The position numbers and the translations under genes were made by a program. DNA of 63,990 bases, counting the filler, from an uncultured Acidimicrobiia bacterium (GTDB lineage Bacteria; Actinomycetota; Acidimicrobiia; Spongiisociales; JAOTWH01): the NCBI GenBank assembly GCA_964347285.1. It is 3 parts of 3 records of this genome, joined end to end, with 100 filler letters (N's around TTAATTAATTAA, not from the genome) between each part and the next. Parts side by side here need not be neighbours in the genome. Positions count along the whole stretch, not along the records: positions 27,083 to 53,950 come from CAYFYE010000025.1; 2 more parts are not named here. The stretch is one strand, 5' to 3'. The notes below the pieces were generated by a model. That model was not told where the DNA came from, searched no databases, and saw only the letters and a program-made list of their open reading frames with translations. Below are positions 28,143 through 40,107 of this stretch, piece after piece; position 1 is the first letter of the stretch, and each line of letters starts with the position of its first letter.

Positions 28143-28700
28143 TCACACTTCGAGCAATTCCTCTTCCTTGTGGGTCAGCAACTCATCCAACCTGGCCACG
28201 TGTTTGTCGGTCGTGTCCTGGAGCTCTTTCTCCGCTCGACGAATGTCATCGTCGGATATCTCCCCGCGGAGGGCCTCGATGTCGTCTTTGGTGTGGCGCC
28301 GGACGTTGCGGATGGCAACCCGTCCCTCTTCGGCCATGTGTCGAGCCAGCCTGATCAGCTCATGTCGCCGCTCTTCGTTGAGTGGTGGAAACGCGATCCG
28401 CAGCACGTTCCCGTCGCTGCTCGGGTTGAGACCGAGATCGGAGCTGCGAATGGCCTTGTCCATGGCGTCGATTGCCGACTTGTCGAAGGGCTGCACCACC
28501 AGCAGCTGGGGCTCCGGTACCGAGAACGAGGCCAGTTGCTGCAGAGGAGTCTGGGTTCCGTAGTAGTCGACCATCACCCGGTGGAGGATGGCAGGATTGG
28601 CCCGCCCGGTACGAAGCGTGGCGAACTCGTTCTGCGTGTGGTCGACGGCCTGGGACATCTTGGCATCGGCTTCGACGAGGAGCTCCTCGATCACGCTCAC
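28143..28700 (-). CDS. frr: Ribosome recycling factor
   Basis: LRTGRANP, PPLNEERR, VAIRNVRR. Confidence 0.97.
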   Translation of the reverse strand: MSVIEELLVEADAKMSQAVDHTQNEFATLRTGRANPAILHRVMVDYYGTQTPLQQLASFSVPEPQLLVVQPFDKSAIDAMDKAIRSSDLGLNPSSDGNVLRIAFPPLNEERRHELIRLARHMAEEGRVAIRNVRRHTKDDIEALRGEISDDDIRRAEKELQDTTDKHVARLDELLTHKEEELLEV

Positions 28701-28703
28701 CTC

Positions 28704-30027
<1,324 letters not shown>

Positions 30028-30031
<4 letters not shown>

Positions 30032-30876
30032 TCCGGCCCTCCAGACTCGTGCGCCTCGGGCTCGTTGGGTGGGGCGGGCCGATCGGCCTCCTCTTCCGAG
30101 GAGATGTCCCCGGGCGGGCCTGCCTGCTCTGTCTCGGTCTCTGCGACTTCTGTTTCGGTCTCTGCCACCGAAAGATCCTTGGCGCGGGCGGCGGCGATCT
30201 GCGCCCCTTCTAGGCAAGCATCGGCGACCACGGAGGCCATCAATTCGGCGGCCCGAATCGCGTCGTCGTTTCCGGGGATCACCAGATCGACGAGATCGGG
30301 ATCGCAGTTGGTGTCGACGACGGCGATCAGCGGAATACCCAGGCGATTGGCCTCCCGTACCGCAATCTCCTCGGCCCGGACGTCGATGATGAACACGGCA
30401 TCGGGAGTGCTGTGGAGGTCGCGGACCCCGCCTAGAACCGTCTCGAGCTTGGCCAACTCACGTCGGAGCCGGAGTCGCTCCTTTTTGGGAAGTGCTTCGA
30501 TCTCTCCAGACTCGTTCATCCGCTCCAGCTCCCGCATGTACAGGATCCGCTTGTGGATGGTGTTGAAGTTCGTCAGCATCCCGCCCAGCCAGCGGTTGTT
30601 GACGTACGGCATGGCGGCGCGCTGGGCGGCCGCCTCGATGACGCCCTGGGCCTGCTTCTTGGTACCAACGAAGAGCACAATCCCGCCTCCGGCGGTGATG
30701 TCGCGCACCATGGCGTAGGCCTGCTCTGCCTGATCGATGGTCTGCCGGAGGTCGATGATGTGGATGCCGTTGCGATCGCCGAAGATGTACGGTCGCATCT
30801 TCGGGTTCCAGCGGCGTGTCTGATGTCCGAAATGGACACCCGCCTCCAACAGCTGCCTCATCGTGACGACGGACAC
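30028..30876 (-). CDS. rpsB: 30S ribosomal protein S2
   Basis: [36 protein letters not shown]. Confidence 0.98.
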
Positions 30877-30889
30877 TGCTGCCTCCTAG

Positions 30890-30975
30890 TTCCGGTTGAA
30901 GCCTCCGCCCTGCCCTGGAACCTCCGCAGGGCTTGAGCCCCGACCGGGGAGGGTGCGGCAAGACGTGTGTAGTGG
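30890..30975 (-). promoter_or_regulatory. rpsB leader (t44/S2 autoregulatory RNA)
   Basis: ACACACGU...GGGG...GGAGGCUUCAACC resembles the conserved S2 leader; -10 TACACT at 30987-30982. Confidence 0.7.
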
Positions 30976-31001
30976 GGCGGGAGTGTACCAGTGAAGGAGG
31001 A

Positions 31002-31802
31002 TCAGCCGTCGCGGAAGGACGGCTCCATCATCCGATTCCGCAGGCTCATCACCGCTTTGGTGTGTATCTGGCACACCCGCGACTCGGTCACGCCGAGGAC
31101 ATCACCGATCTCGGCCAGGGTCAGGCCCTCGTAGTAGTAGAGGGTGACGACCAGGCGTTCTCGCTCCGCCAGCCGGCTGATGGCATCGGCCAGAACGAAG
31201 CGAGTCTCGGAGCGCTCGTAATTGCCCCCCGGATCGATGGCCTTGGGGTCGGCGAGCAGCTCGCCGACCGAGGCCGAGTCTCGATCCTCGGGGCTGAGCA
31301 GCTCATCGAGAGCCACCAGGCCCAAGGTGGCGATCTCGGCCAGGTTGTCCTGCAGCTCGGTGATGTGCACTCCCACCTGGGAAGCGAGCTCTTGGTCGGT
31401 GGGAGTCCGCTTCAGCTGGTGTTCCAGCTCGGCCATGGAGCGCTGGATCTCCCGGGCCCTGGCTCTCACCGAGCGGGGCACCCAGTCGAGGGCCCGCAAC
31501 TCGTCCATGATGGCGCCCCGAATGCGGTTGACGGCATAGGTCTCGAACTTGATGCCGCGCTCCGGCTCGAACTTGTCGATGGCATCGATGAGTCCGAACG
31601 TTCCGTACGAGGCCAGGTCGGCGTGGTCGACGCTGCGAGGAAGACCGACGGCAACCCGGCCCGCCACGAACTTGACCAGGGGCGAGTAATGGAGGATGAG
31701 GCCGTCACGAGCTTCGGAGTCGGCCGTCGCCTTGAAGCGGTCCCAGAGCTCCTGGACCTCTTCGGGAGCACGCTGCTCAGGCCCTGGGGTGCGATCGGTC
31801 AT
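31002..31802 (-). CDS. whiG: FliA/WhiG-family RNA polymerase sigma factor
   Basis: [48 protein letters not shown]. Confidence 0.9.
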   Translation of the reverse strand: MTDRTPGPEQRAPEEVQELWDRFKATADSEARDGLILHYSPLVKFVAGRVAVGLPRSVDHADLASYGTFGLIDAIDKFEPERGIKFETYAVNRIRGAIMDELRALDWVPRSVRARAREIQRSMAELEHQLKRTPTDQELASQVGVHITELQDNLAEIATLGLVALDELLSPEDRDSASVGELLADPKAIDPGGNYERSETRFVLADAISRLAERERLVVTLYYYEGLTLAEIGDVLGVTESRVCQIHTKAVMSLRNRMMEPSFRDG

Positions 31803-32670
31803 AGGTAGCTCTGAGATGCTCGCGGGTGACGGAAGTGTAGATCTGGGTTGTGGCCAGCTCGGTATGTCCGAGGAGCTCCTGCACCGCCCGCAGGTCGGCG
31901 CCGTGCTCCAAGAGATGCGTTGCGAACGAATGGCGCAGAGCATGGGGGAAGGTGCCGAGACGTTTTCGCACGACTCGCCGTATCCCCCGGCCGTCGAGGC
32001 CCCCGCCCCGGCGGCCGACGAACAGCTTGCTGCCGGCGGCGGGTCCGGCCAGAGTCGGACGGCTCCGCGCCAGATACGCATCGACGGCTCGGCGGGCCTG
32101 CTGGCCCACCGGAACGGCCCGGTCTCGGTTGCCCTTTCCCCTGACGCGCAGGAAGTCGCCGTCGCGCACGTCGGAGGTGCGCAGCGAGGCCAGCTCGGAA
32201 ACCCGCAGCCCGCTGGCATAGAGCAGCTCGAGGATGGCCCGGTCCCGAAGAGTCTCCGGGTCGTCTCCTTGCACCCCGTCCAACAATGCAGCCAGGCTTC
32301 GGGCCGGGACCGCCCGGGGAAGAGTCTGCGGTCGTTTCGGCTGTGACAGCCCTTCGGCGGGGTGCGCCTCAACCAGCCCGCGCCGGGCAGCGTCGTCGTA
32401 GAAAGATCGCACCGCCGAAGCCTTGCGGGCCACCGATCGGCGGGCGTAGCCCCTGGTGGCGAGAAAGGCCAGGTAGCGGCGCACCGTCCGCCGGTCGATG
32501 GCTGCCACCGACCGGGCCCCGGTCCGGGCCGTGTAGTCGAAGAACTGCCACAGGTCGCGCCGGTAGGCCTCGATGGTGTGCGGTGACAGCGATCGCTCGG
32601 CCGAGAGCCTGCCCAGATAAGAGGCCACGGCGTCGGCCGCCCACTCCGGTGGTGCTGGGATGGCGGTCAC
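31777..32670 (-). CDS. xerC: Tyrosine recombinase XerC
   Basis: [41 protein letters not shown]; dprA-xerC-rpsB synteny. Confidence 0.9.
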   Translation of the reverse strand: MTAIPAPPEWAADAVASYLGRLSAERSLSPHTIEAYRRDLWQFFDYTARTGARSVAAIDRRTVRRYLAFLATRGYARRSVARKASAVRSFYDDAARRGLVEAHPAEGLSQPKRPQTLPRAVPARSLAALLDGVQGDDPETLRDRAILELLYASGLRVSELASLRTSDVRDGDFLRVRGKGNRDRAVPVGQQARRAVDAYLARSRPTLAGPAAGSKLFVGRRGGGLDGRGIRRVVRKRLGTFPHALRHSFATHLLEHGADLRAVQELLGHTELATTQIYTSVTREHLRATYDRSHPRA

Positions 32671-32736
32671 CGGGCCATGCTGGTCTATCTGCTGCAGAGC
32701 GTCAATGACCAGCGACGCCGAGTCGCCGGCGCGTCG

Positions 32737-33333
32737 CTAGACGGGCGGCTCGGGCTCGTACTGGATGTAGCGCTTGACCTCCCGGGCCCGCTCCTCGGAG
32801 TGGAGTCGGGCAACGAGGTACAGCGCCATGTCGATGCCGGCGGAGACCCCGGCGGCCGTGATCACCTGGCCCGAGTCGACATATCGGTCGCGGGCCCGAA
32901 CCTCGATGTCGGTTCCCAGACCCTCAAGCAAGTCGATGTTGTCCCAGTGGGTGGTCGCCGGCCGGCCATCGAGGAGGCCGGCAGAGGCGAACACCAAGGA
33001 CCCGGTACACACGCTGGTCATCAGCGTCCCGGCCTCGGCCAGCTCACCGAGCCACCCTTCGATCTCCTCATCCCCGAGCTGAATCCTGGTTCCGCGGCCT
33101 CCGGGATACAGAAGCACGTCGATGGGCGGCGCCGACCGGCGGGCGTAGTCGGGCAGCACCCGCAGGCCCTTGGCACAGGTCACCGGTTCCTGGCTCTCGG
33201 CGAAGGTGAACACCTCGACACCATCACCGGGCCAACCCTCGGCCCAGGCCGACAACACCTCCCAGGGCCCGGCCCAGTCCAACTCCTCGGCCCCTTCGAA
33301 GAGGTAGATCCCGATGCGCAGGGGCTCCGCCAC
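32737..33333 (-). CDS. DJ-1/PfpI family protein
   Basis: EELDWAGP, YPGG, SVCTG, ATTHW, TAAGVSAGID. Confidence 0.9.
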   Translation of the reverse strand: MAEPLRIGIYLFEGAEELDWAGPWEVLSAWAEGWPGDGVEVFTFAESQEPVTCAKGLRVLPDYARRSAPPIDVLLYPGGRGTRIQLGDEEIEGWLGELAEAGTLMTSVCTGSLVFASAGLLDGRPATTHWDNIDLLEGLGTDIEVRARDRYVDSGQVITAAGVSAGIDMALYLVARLHSEERAREVKRYIQYEPEPPV

Positions 33334-33363
33334 GCCGGCGAGTATGGCACGATCCTGATGGGT

Positions 33364-34047
33364 TCAGTCCACCGGCGGCGTCCCGCTCTCCTTGGTCTCT
33401 CGGGTGGGCACCACCATGGCCACATCCCACCGCCCCAGTACCGTGAGAGCGATGATCACGGCGACGATCAGCCCGAAGAGGGCAAACGACAGGACCGGGC
33501 TGACGAAGGCGATGAGGGTCGCCGCCGCCATCACCAGGCCGTAGAGGAGCCCCATTTGCCGCCCGCCCCGGATCAGGTTGGCGTCGAGGTCGTCGCTCAC
33601 CAAGCGGCGGCCGGCCGTCGCATAGGCGAACATGGCCCACAGCATGAGGAACGCCGCCAGCATGTTGGCGCCGTAGACCAGCGCCGTCACCCGCCCGTCG
33701 CCGTGTTCACCGAACAACTCGGTAGAGAAGGGAAGAAGCGCAGTGAACATCAAGAAGACGACGTTGAGCCACGCCAGCGTCGTGTCGTAGCGCTCGATGC
33801 TGTCGAAGACGGCATGGTGCATGAGCCAGAAGACCCCGAGGACGAGGAAGCTCAGGCCGTAGATGAGGAACTCAGGCCACATCTCCCTCAACTCCTCAGC
33901 CAGGCCGGCATCGTCAAGGGCATCGGTCGCCACCGGGACGCCGAGTTTGAGCACCAAGAGTGTCATCACGATCGCGAACACCCCGTCCGCCAGCGTCTCG
34001 AGACGAGCCGTCGAGATGGGACGCGTCTCGTACCTGGGAGTGCGCAT
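33364..34047 (-). CDS. TMEM175-family potassium channel
   Basis: RLETLADGVFAIVMTLLVL signature, WLMHH, LLPFST. Confidence 0.88.
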   Translation of the reverse strand: MRTPRYETRPISTARLETLADGVFAIVMTLLVLKLGVPVATDALDDAGLAEELREMWPEFLIYGLSFLVLGVFWLMHHAVFDSIERYDTTLAWLNVVFLMFTALLPFSTELFGEHGDGRVTALVYGANMLAAFLMLWAMFAYATAGRRLVSDDLDANLIRGGRQMGLLYGLVMAAATLIAFVSPVLSFALFGLIVAVIIALTVLGRWDVAMVVPTRETKESGTPPVD

Positions 34048-34145
34048 CGACTGACCTCGCGAATCTCCGCAGACAGCTTCGATCCGACGGTGATCCCCGG
34101 CTAGGGCCCAAAGTCTCCAATGCGGAGCGGCAAGAGCCCCGGTTC

Positions 34146-35405
34146 TCAGGGATGGGGCCAGGCCGGCTCGACCGGTGCTTCGGGCCCGGCTCTCACGACG
34201 AGGGCGCGGTCGATTTGGCGGGCCTCGGCGAGGCCGGCCAGTGCCGCCAGGGTCAGCAGCACCCCGCCTGCCAACAAGACCTGCTGCACACCAAAGGCGG
34301 CCGCCAGGGGGGCCACGAACAGGAGTGGGAGCAGTTCGCCTCCCTGGCTGTGCAGCTCCAGCACGCCGGAGATCCGCCCATACATGCCCTCGGGAGAGGC
34401 CAGGTGGACGAGGGAACGGAGAATCGGTGCCAGCGCACCGAGGATCAGCCCCCAGACCACCGCCCCGGTCAGCACCACGGCCAGGTTGCCGGTCCCCACG
34501 TAGAGGACGACCCCCGCCCCGTTGAGGGCCACGATGACCCCCAGGCCGCGTGCCGACGTGGCTTCATCGGGCAGCCGGGGCACGCTGAGAGCCCCGGCGA
34601 TCAGGCCCAGGCCGAACACGGCGTTGACCCATCCGAGCACCTCCGGGCTTTCGGCGCCGACGACATCGCGAAAGAACAGCGGTTCGAGGGCGCCGAAGGC
34701 ACCGAACGTGAGGAAGAGGGCCGTACCCATGAGGATGTAGAAGCGGAGCGCCCGGGTGCGGTAGGTGTAGCCGAGGCCGCCGAGGGCCTCCCGCCATGCG
34801 CTCCTTCCGCCGGGGGCTTCTACCGGCCGCACCTCGACGCCGGCGACGAGGGCGATCGCCACCAGCGAGGTAGCCGCATCGAAGACGAACACCCAGTCGA
34901 CCGAACCCACTCGCTCGATGACCGCCCCCAGAGCGGTCCCGGCGGTGAGGGAGGCCATCCCGGCCGTCTCCATGGAAACGTTGATGCGGCGGATCTCTCC
35001 CTCGTCGGAGGCGAGAAATGGGGTGAACGCCCCCACCGCAGTCAGGATGGGAGCACCGGCCAGACCCAAGAACCCGGCAGCTCCTATGAGCTGGGTCATC
35101 GAATTGGTGGCGGCCATGATCAGGGTGGCAGGCACGAAGGCCACCTCGGCCCACATCAGCACCCTCCTGGGGTCGAAGCGATCGACGAGGACCCCCGAGG
35201 CGACGGTGCCGATGACCGACGCCACGCCCAGAGCGCCCATCATCGCCGCCAGCTCCCCGGCAGTGGCGTCGAAGGTGAACGCCGCCTTGCCCCACATGCC
35301 GACGAAAAACGCAGCAAACGCTCCGCTCCGGGAAATGAAGCGGGCCAAGACGACCCGACGGACGTTGGGATCACGCAACACGGTGGGGGCCACATTCTGG
35401 CTCAC
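34146..35405 (-). CDS. MFS transporter
   Basis: 12-TM pattern, GVLVDRFDPRR motif A. Confidence 0.88.
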   Translation of the reverse strand: MSQNVAPTVLRDPNVRRVVLARFISRSGAFAAFFVGMWGKAAFTFDATAGELAAMMGALGVASVIGTVASGVLVDRFDPRRVLMWAEVAFVPATLIMAATNSMTQLIGAAGFLGLAGAPILTAVGAFTPFLASDEGEIRRINVSMETAGMASLTAGTALGAVIERVGSVDWVFVFDAATSLVAIALVAGVEVRPVEAPGGRSAWREALGGLGYTYRTRALRFYILMGTALFLTFGAFGALEPLFFRDVVGAESPEVLGWVNAVFGLGLIAGALSVPRLPDEATSARGLGVIVALNGAGVVLYVGTGNLAVVLTGAVVWGLILGALAPILRSLVHLASPEGMYGRISGVLELHSQGGELLPLLFVAPLAAAFGVQQVLLAGGVLLTLAALAGLAEARQIDRALVVRAGPEAPVEPAWPHP

Positions 35406-35417
35406 CGTGTCGTCGGA

Positions 35418-37496
35418 TCAGAAGAACGGGATCCAGGCCAATTCGTCGACGTCTTCGAGGGCGTTGGCCTTCAAACCCTGCTCGGACATGGTGTAGATCA
35501 CCTCGTCGACGACGAGCGAGCGACGCACCTGGTCGTACCAGTCGTAGTAGTCGTCGTCGGGGCGATGGGTGATCGTGCCCATCTCGTCCAGTCCGTCGGC
35601 GGGGTCGATGCGCACCGCCACCACACCGGCGAACCACTCCTCGGTGCCCTTGAACTCGTCCCACGACCACTGCTGCACGGGGATCATCGCCAGCCCGGCC
35701 CTGGCCCAGAACAGGAAGGCGTGGTGGTCGTACTCGACCTCGGAGTTCCCGTTCCCGAAGGTGATGCGATCGATCCGCTCGGGATCCTTCAGGTCGGAGA
35801 TGTCGAACAGCGACACTTGGGCGCCCAGCTGGCGTCCTCCGAGGGTGGCGTCCTGGCCGACTCCGAGCAGGAGATCGTCCCCGACCGGGTGCAGGTAGGC
35901 GGAGTAGCCGGCGATCTTCAGCTCGCCGAGCACCTCGGGGCGCCGCGGATCGGACAGATCGAGGGTGTAGAGGGGGTCGATCTGCCGGAACGTGACCACG
36001 AAACCGATGTTGCCGATGTAACGCACGGCGTAAATCCGCTCGCCGCGGCCCAGGTCGTCGACCTGGCCGACCGTCACCAGCTCTCCGTCCCTTTCGGCGA
36101 GCACGGTGACGAAGCTCTCCGACGCTCGCTCCGGCCCAAAACCCCAGAACGTTCCGGCGTCGGTGCTGGCCACCCGCACGTAGCCGTCGTGCTCAGACAT
36201 CGCCCACTGGTTGAGCAGGTATCCCGGCACTGCTCCCGAGGCCCGGTACTCGACGTCATCGGGATCGGAGATGTCGAACCGGTGGATCTCGGTGGTCCAC
36301 CGCTCGGCCCGGCGCAGCCGCTCCTCCTCCGCCAGCACCCAGGGGTCCCACCACTGGTTGGTGGCGATGTACAGGCTGTCTGCAGACGCGTACACGGTTT
36401 CGCCCTGCGAGAAGATCGCCGCCGAAGGGCCGGGGCGCAGCCCGTCGGCCAGGTCGATCGTGACGATCGAGGTCATTCCGAGCCCGGAGAACTCCTCGGG
36501 GACGTGCACGTCGGTACATTCGACCAGCGTGCCGTCGGAAACCTGGAGTCGCCCCCGTTCCCTGCTCTCCAGCACGTAGTAGGGGAGCCAGTTCTCTTCG
36601 GACGACTCCTCGATGACCCGGCGGTTGTGCTCTGCCGCCTCGCGCTCGGCCCGGAGTCCGCTACCGCGGGGATACTCGAACTCCAACCCGGTGGGCTGGG
36701 AGCGGATCACGACTCGGACGGTGTCATCCACCAGCCGGGCGGTGACGTAGTTGCCATCGAGATACAGGTCGCGCACCACCCGCAGGTGGTCAGGATCACT
36801 GATGTCCACCTCGCTGATCAGGGTGACTTCGACGTAGGGAAGGGAGAGGTCCTCGGTCCACACGTTGGGGGCCATCCGGGGCGCAACCCCGTAGCGGTCA
36901 CCGGTGGAGAGAACGAGGAGACGGTCGCCGGCCATCACCAGCTGGTGACCCCAGCCCCGATCGAGGGCCAGGGAGTCGGTCAGACGGGGAAACCCGTCCG
37001 AGAGGTCGACGTAGTGGAGGTATCCGCCGCCGACGGCGAGGATGCGGCTTCCATCGGTCTTGATGATGTCGGGCTCATCGACGCCGATCTCCTGGACGTT
37101 GGTCGTCGAGTAGTCGACGTCGGGTTGATCCGCTCGCAGGCGACCGCCCTCCGGTCCACGGAAACCGTCTGTGGCGGCCGGGGCGGCTTCTTCGGCAAAC
37201 ACGACGTCGCCCTCCATCATCGGATAGGCATAGCCGTCGAGGCCCCAGGCCCCGACCCGTTCCAGGGCGTGCTCCTTGGCGTAGGCCAGGAAGTCTTCGC
37301 AGGCATCGAGGGAGCGCAGCGAGTGGGCGGCCGGCACGGCCTTGATCGGTCCACCCTCCCACGGTGTGATGGTCTCCGGCCGGGACGTGGTCGCCGAGGT
37401 CTCTGGGGACGTGGTCGTCCATTCCGGCGCGGCGGTCTCGCCGCACGCCGTGGCCAGTAGGGCGAGAGCGGCGATGACGATGGGTACCCTGCGCAT
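35418..37496 (-). CDS. Secreted beta-propeller-domain lipoprotein
   Basis: Lipobox LATAC; YSTTNVQEIGVDEPDIIKTDG; VTFRQIDPL, GELKIAGYSAYLHP. Confidence 0.88.
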   Translation of the reverse strand: MRRVPIVIAALALLATACGETAAPEWTTTSPETSATTSRPETITPWEGGPIKAVPAAHSLRSLDACEDFLAYAKEHALERVGAWGLDGYAYPMMEGDVVFAEEAAPAATDGFRGPEGGRLRADQPDVDYSTTNVQEIGVDEPDIIKTDGSRILAVGGGYLHYVDLSDGFPRLTDSLALDRGWGHQLVMAGDRLLVLSTGDRYGVAPRMAPNVWTEDLSLPYVEVTLISEVDISDPDHLRVVRDLYLDGNYVTARLVDDTVRVVIRSQPTGLEFEYPRGSGLRAEREAAEHNRRVIEESSEENWLPYYVLESRERGRLQVSDGTLVECTDVHVPEEFSGLGMTSIVTIDLADGLRPGPSAAIFSQGETVYASADSLYIATNQWWDPWVLAEEERLRRAERWTTEIHRFDISDPDDVEYRASGAVPGYLLNQWAMSEHDGYVRVASTDAGTFWGFGPERASESFVTVLAERDGELVTVGQVDDLGRGERIYAVRYIGNIGFVVTFRQIDPLYTLDLSDPRRPEVLGELKIAGYSAYLHPVGDDLLLGVGQDATLGGRQLGAQVSLFDISDLKDPERIDRITFGNGNSEVEYDHHAFLFWARAGLAMIPVQQWSWDEFKGTEEWFAGVVAVRIDPADGLDEMGTITHRPDDDYYDWYDQVRRSLVVDEVIYTMSEQGLKANALEDVDELAWIPFF

Positions 37497-37560
37497 TTTC
37501 CGGTCTCCCTTTTGGTGGTTTCGTCGCTGTGACGGTGAAAGCGGCCGAGAAGGTTCCCGC

Positions 37561-38613
37561 TCAGGGAGCGGGTTTTCCGGTCGCCTCGACCCGCTCCCCT
37601 CTCCGACACACTGCTCCGGCTGCCTCGAGGCGGGCCACCCGGGCCAGCACTTGGGACACCGGCTCATCCAGGGCCACGGCCAGCTCATCGAGGGAGCGAC
37701 CGGTCGCCCCCAACTGGTCGAGGAGGCCATCACCGGAGGTGCCCCGGGGATCGGGACGAGCGGCAGCCGGCCCCAGCACCAGGGACAACTCCTCGACGAG
37801 ATCGGCCGGGTCGAGCACCGGATGGGCCCCATCGCGAATGAGCCGGTTGGCCCCGCGCGAGGTCTCTCGGTCCACGTCGCCCGGCACCGCGAAAACGGTC
37901 CGCCCCTGCTCCAAGGCCGCCGCTGCGGTGACCAGGGCCCCGCCGGTGTCGGCGGCTTCGACCACGACCAGCGCCCGGGCCAGACCGGAGATGATCCGGT
38001 TGCGGGGAGGGAAGCGCCACCCCTCGGGAGGCGTGCCCGGCGCATACTCGGTGACCACGGCCCCGCCCAGCTCGACCAACCGCTCTCCCAAGCTGCGGTG
38101 CTCGGCCGGGTACCAGACGTCGGGCCCCGAGCCCAGCACCCCGACGCCCTCTCCCCTCCCCTCCACCGTCCCCCGGTGCGCCTCCCCGTCGATGCCCCGG
38201 GCCAGCCCGCTCACCAGCGTCCACCCGGAGGAGGCCACGGCCCGACCGTAGGCCCGGGCCAGGGAGCGCCCGTAGGCGGTGGCCCGCCGAGTTCCGACCA
38301 CGGCCACCGCCGGCGAGGGAGGAATCGATCCCCGCACGAAGAGGAGGTCTGGGCCGTCGGCGATGCCCTCCAGGGCCTCCGGGTAGCCGGGCCCGCCCCG
38401 GTAGATCGGCTCGACGCTCAGCCGGGCCAGCAGGGCCCGATGGTCCGACGCGGGGGCGGCGGCGGCGGCCCGGGCGCCATCGGACGCCTCGATGTGGCCC
38501 TTTTCGATGGCTCGCAACACGGCCCCAGCGCTCCCCCACCGAGCGACGAGGCGGCGGGACCGCTCCGGGTGCAGACGGCAGAAGGCCAGGCGGAGCCGGT
38601 CGTCGCGGCTCAC
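37561..38613 (-). CDS. dprA: DNA-processing protein DprA
   Basis: AVVGTR, VSGLARGID, FPPRNRIISGL. Confidence 0.95.
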   Translation of the reverse strand: MSRDDRLRLAFCRLHPERSRRLVARWGSAGAVLRAIEKGHIEASDGARAAAAAPASDHRALLARLSVEPIYRGGPGYPEALEGIADGPDLLFVRGSIPPSPAVAVVGTRRATAYGRSLARAYGRAVASSGWTLVSGLARGIDGEAHRGTVEGRGEGVGVLGSGPDVWYPAEHRSLGERLVELGGAVVTEYAPGTPPEGWRFPPRNRIISGLARALVVVEAADTGGALVTAAAALEQGRTVFAVPGDVDRETSRGANRLIRDGAHPVLDPADLVEELSLVLGPAAARPDPRGTSGDGLLDQLGATGRSLDELAVALDEPVSQVLARVARLEAAGAVCRRGERVEATGKPAP

Positions 38614-40079
38614 CAGTTCTCCCGCAGTGCCAGTGCCTCGGCCATGTGGGCCTCAGCGACCTCGTGGCACTCGGCGAGATCGGCGACGGTCCGGGCCACC
38701 TTCCGCACCCGCTCCCAGCCCCGGCCGGTGAGCCCCGAGCCGGTCACCGCACTCCTGAGAAGGTCCAGAGCCGAAGACTCCCAGGGAAGAGCTTCGAGCT
38801 GGGTCTGATCGAGACGGGCGTTGGCGACGCCGCGCTCCTGCTGGAGCTTGCGGGCGGCCAGGACTCGTCGTCGCACCTCGGCAGTGGGCTCGCCGGGCGG
38901 CCCTCCCAGCTCGGCGGCCCCGAGGGGAGAAACCGAGACACGCAAGTCGATACGGTCGAGGAACGGCCCCGAAAACCGGCGCCGGTAGCGATCGACGGCG
39001 CTCGGCGAGCAGCCGCAGGCCCTGCGCCGGCTGTCGGCATGGCCGCACGGGCACGGGTTGGCGGCCGCCACCAGCTGGGCCGCCGAGGGAAACGCCACCG
39101 ACACTCCGCGACGAGCCACGTGGACCACGCCCTCCTCCAGCGGCTGACGCAAGGCATCGAGCAGGTGGGGCGGGAACTCTCCCAGCTCATCGAGGAACAA
39201 CACCCCGCGATGGGCCAGGGACACCTCGCCCGGGCTGGGAACGCCGCTGCCGCCGCCCACCAGGGCGGCCAGGGTGGCCGAGTGGTGGGGGCTGCGGAAA
39301 GGAGGAACGGCGCTCAGCGGCCGGGGCCGGCCGGCCGCCGCCCACGCCTGGGCCACCTCGAGGACCCCATCCTCTCCAAGCGGAGGGAGAAGGCCGGGCA
39401 GCCGTTGCGCCAGCATGGTCTTGCCCGACCCGGGCGGTCCCACCAGCAGCAGGTGGTGGCCCCCGGCGGCGCCGATCTCCAGAGCCCGGCGGGCCACCAG
39501 CTGGCCGCGCACGTCGGCCAGATCGGGAGCCCGGTCGTCGAGCGGCGACGGGGGAGGTACCGCCGACCCGGGCGTTTCGCCGAGGGCGACGGCCACCGCC
39601 TCGGCCAGGGAGTGGGCGGCCCTGATCTCCGTGCCGTCCACCCACGCCGCCTCGGCGGCCGACTGGGGCGCCAGCAGGCAGGGCCGGGCCGCCTTCCTGG
39701 CCACCAGCCCGGCCGCCAGTCCTCCCCGGGCCGGGCGCAGGCCCCCGTCGAGGGCCAGCTCGCCCAACGCCACCACCCCGGTGATGCCCGGCGGCTCGAG
39801 CCCGGCGGCGGCGAGTAGGCCGAGGGCAATGGGGAGGTCGTAGGCAGACCCGGCCTTGGGGAGGTCGGCCGGGGCCAGGTTGACGGTGACCCGACGGGCC
39901 GGGAACCGATATCCCGACGACGACAGTGCCGCCCGTACCCGCTCCTTGGCCTCCCGCACGGCGGTGTCGGGGAGCCCCACCAGGAAGAAGGCCGGGGCTC
40001 CACCGCCGACGTGGACTTCGACCCGCACCGGTTGGGGCTCGACGCCGACGAGGGCGACCGAGGTGACCGCGGCGAACAT
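38610..40079 (-). CDS. comM: YifB/ComM Mg-chelatase-like AAA+ ATPase
   Basis: VTVNLAPADLPK, GPPGSGKTMLA, SLAHRGVLFLDE, NPCPCG. Confidence 0.93.
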   Translation of the reverse strand: MFAAVTSVALVGVEPQPVRVEVHVGGGAPAFFLVGLPDTAVREAKERVRAALSSSGYRFPARRVTVNLAPADLPKAGSAYDLPIALGLLAAAGLEPPGITGVVALGELALDGGLRPARGGLAAGLVARKAARPCLLAPQSAAEAAWVDGTEIRAAHSLAEAVAVALGETPGSAVPPPSPLDDRAPDLADVRGQLVARRALEIGAAGGHHLLLVGPPGSGKTMLAQRLPGLLPPLGEDGVLEVAQAWAAAGRPRPLSAVPPFRSPHHSATLAALVGGGSGVPSPGEVSLAHRGVLFLDELGEFPPHLLDALRQPLEEGVVHVARRGVSVAFPSAAQLVAAANPCPCGHADSRRRACGCSPSAVDRYRRRFSGPFLDRIDLRVSVSPLGAAELGGPPGEPTAEVRRRVLAARKLQQERGVANARLDQTQLEALPWESSALDLLRSAVTGSGLTGRGWERVRKVARTVADLAECHEVAEAHMAEALALRENW

Positions 40080-40085
40080 GGTGCG

Positions 40086-40107
40086 ACGGTACGACCGGAG
40101 TGTGACA
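40086..40107 (-). promoter_or_regulatory. PafBC/RecA-NDp-like promoter TGTCAC-N10-TACCGT
   Basis: TGTCAC 40107-40102, 10 bp, TACCGT 40091-40086, 6 bp before the comM ATG. Confidence 0.55.

Noticed and set aside
31777..32670. Tyrosine recombinase as a phage or island integrase
   Set aside because: Size, motifs and dprA/rpsB synteny fit chromosomal XerC; no att sites or cargo genes.
33960..37460. 1166-aa plus-strand ORF (and similar long ORFs at 4660-7023 and 58422-60290)
   Set aside because: Antisense shadows of clearly recognisable genes, with no motifs of their own.
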